64,000 nt of DNA, taken from NCBI GenBank assembly GCA_951406725.2, contig OX597826.1, forward strand, positions 58,714,001 through 58,778,000. Reading direction: 5' to 3'. Shown here one piece after another: positions 55,222-64,000 of the stretch (within the stretch, counting starts at the first letter, position 1; each line of letters begins with the position of its first letter). The DNA comes from Octopus vulgaris (Eukaryota). The notes beneath the pieces are model-generated. The model worked only from the letters and a program-made list of their open reading frames with translations, was not told the origin of the DNA and did no database searches. The position numbers and the translations under genes were made by a program.

Positions 55222-55546
55222 GACCCCCTTCGGTCATGAGTGACCATGGGTTTGCACCTAGAGAGTTACCCTCTGAGGCACAAGTCTGGGCAAGGTTGTT
55301 TTATGGAAGACCAGTAGTCGCCCATGCATACCGGCCTCCCCTCTCCACGCCACCAGTGTTATCCAAGGGAAAGACAAAGGTCGATACAGCTTGGCACCTG
55401 TGACGTCGCAACTCATTTCTACAGCTGAGTGAACTGGAGCAACGTGAAATAAAGTGTCTTGCTCAAGAACACAACACGCAGCCTGGTCCGGGATTCGAGC
55501 TCACAACCTCACGATCGTAAGCTCGACGCTCTAACCACTGAGCCAT
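55222..55546 (-). mobile_element. SINE family C, well-preserved copy
   Basis: Minus strand has TGGCTCAGTGGTTAGAGCG and GAGCTCGAATCCC boxes plus the full core and tail. Confidence 0.92.
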
Positions 55547-55654
55547 TATACACACATGCGTATTAACCTACATACATACATAGATATATATATATATATA
55601 TATATATTATTTATATTATATATAGATATATGTATGCATATATACATGTATGTA

Positions 55655-55689
<35 letters not shown>

Positions 55690-55821
55690 ATATAGAAGGA
55701 GCTTCTACAGGACTAGTACTCTGCGTACTAGTCCTGTAGAATCCTATATAATAAATAATTTTACTCTGCTATGTATTGAGTACCTTACTTACTGTGGTTA
55801 ACCCCGAATCAACCCGGGACC

Positions 55822-55824
<3 letters not shown>
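55690..55824. mobile_element. Short TA-embedded element with internal hairpin
   Basis: TTCTACAGGACTAGTA-7nt-TACTAGTCCTGTAGAA. An internally deleted inverted copy lies at 48255-48305. Confidence 0.6.
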
Positions 55825-55898
<74 letters not shown>

Positions 55899-55909
55899 GC
55901 ATACATATA

Positions 55910-56222
55910 TACTCTTTTACTCTTTTACTGGTTTCAGTCACTTGACTGTGGCCATGCTGTGGTCATGTTGGAGCACCGCCTTTAGTCGAGCAAATTGACC
56001 CCGGGACTTATTCTTTGTATCCGTCTCTTTTGCCGAACCGCTAAGTGACGGGGACATAAACACAAACACACAAGCATATATATATATATATACATATATA
56101 CGACGGACTTCTTTGAGTTTCCTACAGTAGAAGACACTTGCCCAAGGTCCCACGCAGTGGGACTGAACCCGGAACCATGAGGTTGGTAAGCAAGCTACAT
56201 ACCACACAGCCACTCCTGCACC
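55910..56222 (-). mobile_element. SINE family B with internal deletions
   Basis: Aligns to 9853-10274. Confidence 0.85.
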
Positions 56223-56233
56223 TGTGTGGTAAG

Positions 56234-56285
<52 letters not shown>

Positions 56286-56930
56286 TATATATAGACACAC
56301 ACATATATATATAGAGAGAGATAAACACACACAAACACAAAACATATATGTATATGGCGTCCATGTAATTGTCTATAGGTGTGTGTACCTCAATGAAATA
56401 CTAGAGAACAGTAGTGAAAGACAAGAGGAACGTATAGGAACAAAAAGAAGAAAGTGCGAAGGGCGATGGGAAGGGAACAAAGCCCTGAGCATATGATTCA
56501 TAGAACGGTGGAGTCGGGCTGTTGTTTGATTTATATGAGAGCTGGAATGTGCCAAATGAACCTAACTATTAAATGTAATTAGATATATGAAATTATATTT
56601 ACAGATATATATATATATATACGTATATATATATATATATATGTGTGTGTCTGTGTGTGTGTATTTATGTATATATGAGTCTGTATGTATGTACGTATGT
56701 ATGTATGTATATGCAAGTATGCATGTATATATGTGTGTGTGTATATACACTTAACCTAAATGTGATTTGCGTTCTACAAGGACACTGAGATTCCTGTGGG
56801 GAATACATGTGCGCGCGTGTGTCTGTGTGTCTGTGTGTGTCTGTGTGTGAGTGTGTGTATAATATATATATATTCTTTTCTTCTTTTAATTGTTTTAGTC
56901 GATTTACTTTGAACATGCTGGAGCGCCATA

Positions 56931-56981
<51 letters not shown>

Positions 56982-57047
56982 CGTGTGTGTGTGTGTGTAA
57001 GGTGTCCTGTTAGGGGTCATCTCTTTTGTGTATAAATCTACACTAAT

Positions 57048-57873
57048 GTTAGTTAGTTAGTTAGTTAGTTAATTTGGCTCAAAAGCAAATAGCAAGGCCA
57101 TGTAGGGGGACATGGAGTTAAGTACAGGGTGGTGTTCATGTAAAGAGTTCAGGCCACTTGAGGTCCAGGGAGGCTTTGAACAAAGCGGTCGTCGGCATCT
57201 TCACCATCTCGTCTGGCAGCTTGTTCCACGGATCCGCAACCCGGACGGAGAAAGCTCCTCTCCTTCGATTGAGATGAAATCGTCGCAGGTAGAGCTTTTC
57301 GGAATGACCCCGCAGCCGACGCTCCGGAGCAGGAGTGAAGAACAGCTCTTTCGAGAGGTTACACTTCCCGCTTATGATGTTGTGGGCGAGAATGAGATCA
57401 CCACGGCGGCGGCGTTTTTCAAGAGAATAAAGGTCGAGCGTCCTCAGCCTTTCTTCGTAGGACAAATTTTTGAGACCATGAACCATGCGGGTAGCCAGCC
57501 TCTGGACTCTTTCGAGGTGCTGTATGTCTTTGAGGAGATAAGGAGAAGAGGCTTGAATCCCATATTCCAATATGGGTCTCACCAGCGTGACATAGAGTGG
57601 CAGGAATATGGCTGCTGTGAGCATTCCGAATGACCGTCGAATCAAAAACAGAATTCCGCGCGCTTTGTTGGCAGCATGGACGCACTGGGCCGAAGGCGAA
57701 AAGGAGGAATCCACCAAGATACCCAGGTCCTTTACCTGATCGGTCCTCTCCAGCAGCAGACGACCCGGCTCGAAATCAAGTTGAGTTTACAGGAGTAGAG
57801 CCGACAGGCAGATGACAGCACTTTGAAACGTTCAGACACAGGTCCCAATCGTTAGACCACTTCCAAATTTGGT
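57048..57873 (-). mobile_element. 5'-truncated CR1/L2-group LINE: ORF2 C-terminus, 3' UTR and (TAAC)n tail
   Basis: [14 protein letters not shown]...KDLGILVDSSFS...YVTLVRPILEYG...LERVQRLATRMV...SYEERL...LEKRRRRGDLI with one frameshift. Stop at 57136 and tail at 57048-57071. Confidence 0.95.
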
Positions 57874-57971
57874 TTATATATATATGTTTTATATATATAT
57901 AATGTTTTATATATATATGTACATATGTGTGTGTGTGTGTGTAGAAATGTACACACATATACCTGCATATA

Positions 57972-58023
<52 letters not shown>

Positions 58024-58036
58024 TACATATATATGT

Positions 58037-58067
<31 letters not shown>

Positions 58068-58689
58068 CATATGTGGAAAAATGCAAACTGGGACAAGAAC
58101 GTAAAACATTTAGAAGACAATACAAAAAACACGGACGGGACATTCGAAGCCTTCAATCTTCAGTCAAGATATATATATACACACACATATAATATAAGTA
58201 CTTTGTGGAGGCGCAATGGTCCAGTGCTTAGGACAGCGGACTCGCGGTAGTAGGATAACGCCATAAACCGGACTTCACCAGGAATAAATATAGACTGCTC
58301 AACTTCTCACCGGATTTATGGCCGGGATTTTTCGCGGAGAGAACGTGGTTTCTGTTAAATAGTTGACCACCGCAGCGCTTCTGCATATTTTACGAACGCC
58401 ACAGGTCGCTCAGAAATATGGAACGTAAAGAGGTCATAGGCCAATAGGTCTTCAGGTCTGGCGGTACGCCAAAAAGCTAAACGTATTACGGACGGGAAAC
58501 CCAGGGTAACCCCATAAACCGGCATTCACCAGGAAAAAATATAAACTGCTCTGCTCCTTAGAGTGTGCTTCTTCTCCGGATCTACGTTTTTCTAAAAACG
58601 ATATATATATGTATGTATGTATGTGTGTATGTATGTGTATATATACACACATACACAAATACAAACATACATACATACATAATACATAC

Positions 58690-58726
<37 letters not shown>

Positions 58727-58811
58727 GTATATCTATATTTGTATATTATAAATAAGTATATACAATAGATGTATATACATATATATATATACATACACAC
58801 ATATATACATT

Positions 58812-58844
<33 letters not shown>

Positions 58845-59396
58845 AAAATATATATAGGATAGTGAGTTTTTTTTTTAAGAAATTTCACTACCAGTGGCCT
58901 AGCATGTACAAAAAGTCAATAGACAATATATTCTCAATATAAAATAATGTACATTTAAACAAAAGAGAAACTGCGCTTGTCCGGTGAATTTGAAAAGTTA
59001 TAATGTATAACGAAGTGACACATGTTATTCGTCTCTTAATTATATGTGTTATGGCGCGGTCACTGATGAAAAATTCGCCTTGCAAATTATTTTATTTGCT
59101 AAAAAAAATTTAGAAACTTAGGTGTGACCGGAGTAAAAACAAAGGTAAAAACTTTTATTTTTCATTCCTTTTGAAGATTGCCCTTAAATGTGGTTTTGGT
59201 CGTTTTGACTGCTTCTTCTAGCGTGTAGAATCTGCCTGTTGAAGGTAGTTTTCTCTCGTGTTTAAATGTACACTATTTTATATATATGTATATATATACG
59301 CACACATATGCATTTATTAACGTATACATATAAATATATACATACATATATATATAAATATAAATAAATATATATATATATATATATAACACACAC

Positions 59397-59500
<104 letters not shown>

Positions 59501-59536
59501 TATGCATTTATTAATGTATACATATAAATACATACA

Positions 59537-59638
<102 letters not shown>

Positions 59639-60397
59639 CATACTGCACTGTCCATAACATCGTACGTACGAAGAGACAAGCATAAATATTTACATATGTT
59701 TATACATAAAACCCCACCGAACAAATATATATATATACGATGACATTGTAAGTACACACAATCCTACATATAGATTATTCACTTAAAACAAACACACACA
59801 CATACACACACACACACACACACAGAAATACACAAGCAGATTTGCAGCACATAACATACAGACACTACACTGCTAACACACAACGAACGCAATCAACAAC
59901 GTACATAAACGCCCTTATAATCAAAGCCGTCACGTCCAACTGGTCACTCGGAGAAAATTCTTTTAAGCCACAAGAACATCGTAGCCTACAAGACAGTATG
60001 TTTACCGTGTCTGTTTATACTGCAATTTAGTACATTTACTTTAGATAATGAATGTAGATAGATTTTTTTTTTACATGTATTATTTTGTTTTGTGATTTTA
60101 TTTATTAAGTTGGTTATAGCAGATGTTTTTCTTCTTTTTCCTTTGTGTTTATATTTATATAGGACACGTTTTAGTTTCAGAGTGAAGTACATATATGTGC
60201 ATACAAACATACATACACACACACATACATACATACATACATACATACATACATACATACATACATACATACATACATACATACATACATACATACATAC
60301 ATACATACATGCATACATACATACATACATACGTACATAATACATACATAAATACATACATATATATATATATATATATACACATACATACATAAAT

Positions 60398-60452
<55 letters not shown>

Positions 60453-60499
60453 CATATACATTATACATACATGTGTGTATGTGTGTTTACATATATAGT

Positions 60500-60685
60500 T
60501 CAAATTCACAGAAAACAAAAGACGAAGATAGGTGAGGGAACAGCAAGCAGGTGTATTAGTTTGTCGCTGAAAAAGAATGGTAAAGTCTTTGCCGTTGCGT
60601 GTCTACGCACTTCGACAGAAAGGACTGAGGGTCAAAAGCAGAGAGTGTAAAAAAATACTTGTAGGAATTAACGATTCAACATGAC
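60500..60685 (-). mobile_element. Diverged copy of the 50156-50355 element
   Basis: Shared AACAAAAGACGAAGA...GTGTATTAGT...CTACGC.CTTC.ACAGAAAGG. Confidence 0.6.
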
Positions 60686-61734
60686 AAAATCATGGGAAGA
60701 ACGGGGCTGAGTGAAAGAGGAATAATAACGATGACCCAGGTAAAGAAGGGTGCGCAAGCATGTGTGTCTGTGTAAGAATGGTGTGTGTCAATACGTATGT
60801 GTGAATGCGGGTGGGCGCGTGTCACTGTGTGTGTGGTCGAGCTTAAAATTATGAGGACATATAGGAGCCTGTGTGTGTGTGTGAGTGTGTATTTGTGTGA
60901 GTGTGTGCGTGTGTATAAGTAACCTAGTGCGTGCGTTGTTGTGGAGTGATGTGCGTTTTGTGTGTGTGCGTATGGAGATGTGTATATGTTTCTGAGGATG
61001 TGTAAAATATTTGTGTGAAGCTATCGTGTGTGTGTGTGTGTGTGTGTGTGCAAACGCTTGTATGTTGTAATTAGTGTGTGCTTGTTTGAGAGGCGTGTGC
61101 ACGTGTGTATGTGTGTGTGTGTGTGCTTTAGTACATGTAGTGTGTGTATGTGTTTTAGTACATGAGGTGTGTGTGTGTGTGACACTACAGTGTGTGTATG
61201 TGTATTGTATATGTCTATGTGTCAAAGTTGTATGTGTTTATGCATGTTGTGTGCGTGTGTATGTTGTCTGTGTTCAGGCATGTTGTCTGCATATGCACTG
61301 CGTGTGTTTTTAAGAGTGGATGCTGTGTCGTGGGAGAATGGAGGCGCGGCGTGGGATGAAGGTGCCGAGAGTAAAGGGTTGGGAGTTATTGGGTACTAGG
61401 GTGTGTGGAGTAAGATGTTCTATATGAATATGAGTGTGAGTATGTGTGTGTGTGTGTGGGGGTTGTGTGTCAGTGTGTGTGCGGTGTAGAAAGCTGTGTG
61501 TGAGTGCATGTTCGTGTGATTATGAGGGGGTGTGTATGTAGTGGTGGGAGTACTGAGTTGAACAGTGCGTATGGGTATTTGTATAACGGTGTGTGTGTGT
61601 GTGTGTGTGTGTGTGATGAGGGTACTGATTTAAGCGGTGTACAGGTGTGGTAGAGGGGAAGTTAGAGGTGTGCAGGAATAGGTGTGGGTATATTTTTAGA
61701 TGAACAGAGGTGACGATTTAAGGCCATGAGGATC

Positions 61735-62610
<876 letters not shown>

Positions 62611-62624
62611 GAGAGAGTGAGAGA

Positions 62625-62852
62625 CGCAGGTAAGGTAATGTGGTAAGAGGTCGGCTCCACAACCATATGGTTCAGGGTTCAGTCCCACTGCTTGGCACCT
62701 TGAGCGAGTGTCTTCTACTATAGCCTCGGGCCGACCAAAGCTTTCTGAGTGGATTTGGTATAGGGAAACTGAAAGAAGCCCATCTTATATATATATATGT
62801 GTGTGTGTGTGTTTATTTTGTTACCCCACCATCGCTTGACAACCGATGTTAC
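62625..62852 (+). mobile_element. SINE family B, 3'-truncated
   Basis: Aligns to 9853-10105. Confidence 0.85.
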
Positions 62853-63246
62853 TATCTCGGCCTGACAGGATGTGTCAAGATCTGATTTTTCATTAACAGC
62901 GATGATTTGATCGTAGTTTTGAATAGTCACTTTATTTTTAAATAGGTTCAGGTAGGATCTGAACTCATTCTGCAGAGACCCAGAAAGAAAACCACATGGC
63001 ATTATTACATTCGACATTTATAGAAGTCACGTGGTTAAATAAATATCTATGCACACAGAAAAACTGCGATGGCGGATGATTTATTTCCCGCTAGAGGTGT
63101 AAACAATAGTGCTTATATGCACCGAAAGCTATTATGCGAGTTTCACTCCTATAACTATCGCTGCATTTCCATCACAACATCCACTTTTAAGTAGAGATAA
63201 AAATCATTTCACCAGATATTTGTGTACGTACATACGTACGTACATA

Positions 63247-63950
63247 AGCCGTCCCATCAACACATGCACCACACCCCATCACACAGCACAGTCCCTCCAT
63301 TGATGAGCCCTCAGATGAGTTTTAAGACTAGCTGCTGACTGACATGGTTTAAAGCACAAGTCACAGATATTATTCAAGTTTCTTCTCCATTTTTACATAC
63401 ATACATACACGATTGCTTCATCTTGACAGATGATAGCCGTCCCATCAACACACACACCACACCCCATTACACAGCACAGTCCCTCCGTTGATGAGCCCTC
63501 AGATGAGTTTTAAGACTAGCTGCTAACTGACATGGTTTAAAGCACAAGTCACAGATATTATTCAAGTTTCTTCTACATTTTTACACTTTGGAATCTGATT
63601 CTGAAGGAATGTTTTCGTGAATTAGCATATGTCTTTTAAGTCCAGATATTGTCTTACAAGTTTTGTGACATATGACACAACTTGTAAGAGGCCGTTGGGT
63701 TTTAAGATTATTACTTAACCTGGACATTTCGATTTTCACAGGATTCACGTATCCTGCTTTTGACAACAGAATGCTAGTATACACAATATATATCCAATAT
63801 TCACTGTTGGTTTCAGTCCCAACTGTTCCTTTTTAACAGACCTTTTAAGCTCAGAGCACTGAATCATCTTTTCCTCCCAGACATTGCAACCAGTCTTCAC
63901 AGCAACTCTCCACTTGCTCCGATCCAGAGCGTCAGCTTCCCAATCACTTT
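63247..63950 (-). mobile_element. RTE-type LINE 3' end with C-terminal C2H2 finger, (TATG)n tail and duplicated 3' UTR
   Basis: Minus strand reads WEADALDRSKWRVAVKTG and CVICHKTCKTISGLKRHMLIH. Tail at 63394-63410. 63247-63394 duplicates 63435-63582. Confidence 0.75.
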
Positions 63951-63957
63951 ACATACA

Positions 63958-64000
63958 TATAAGGTCTGATCAATAAGTAACCTGATTGTCACTATAGTAA
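63958..64000. mobile_element. Probable mariner TIR at the window edge
   Basis: TA-TAAGGTCTGATCAATAAGTAACCTGA resembles mariner termini. Confidence 0.45.

Noticed and set aside
63581-63784. C2H2 zinc-finger ORF as a host ZNF exon
   Set aside because: Contiguous with RTE C-terminal motifs and a retroelement tail

Overview
Eukaryotic, AT-rich, repeat-saturated intergenic or intronic DNA. The SINE families and microsatellite load resemble an octopus (cephalopod) genome; this is inference from recalled family sequences, not a search. I found no credible host protein-coding gene, and almost all tracked ORFs are translations of microsatellites. The window holds: decayed Tc1/mariner DNA transposons from several lineages (one near full length at 44012-45272); 3' ends of a CR1/L2-type LINE and an RTE-type LINE; an (AAT)n-associated retroelement 3' end; four tRNA-derived SINE families (working labels A-D); and many micro- and minisatellites. 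The most interesting signals are (1) short fold-back, Penelope-like remnants carrying minimal type I hammerhead ribozyme motifs, including apparent U3:A8 and A6U core variants; (2) SINE-A multimers built from different subfamilies and joined at one fixed internal site, suggesting self-targeted integration; and (3) same-orientation CTCF-like motifs in the few unique islands. Coordinates were read by eye and may be off by a few bases.
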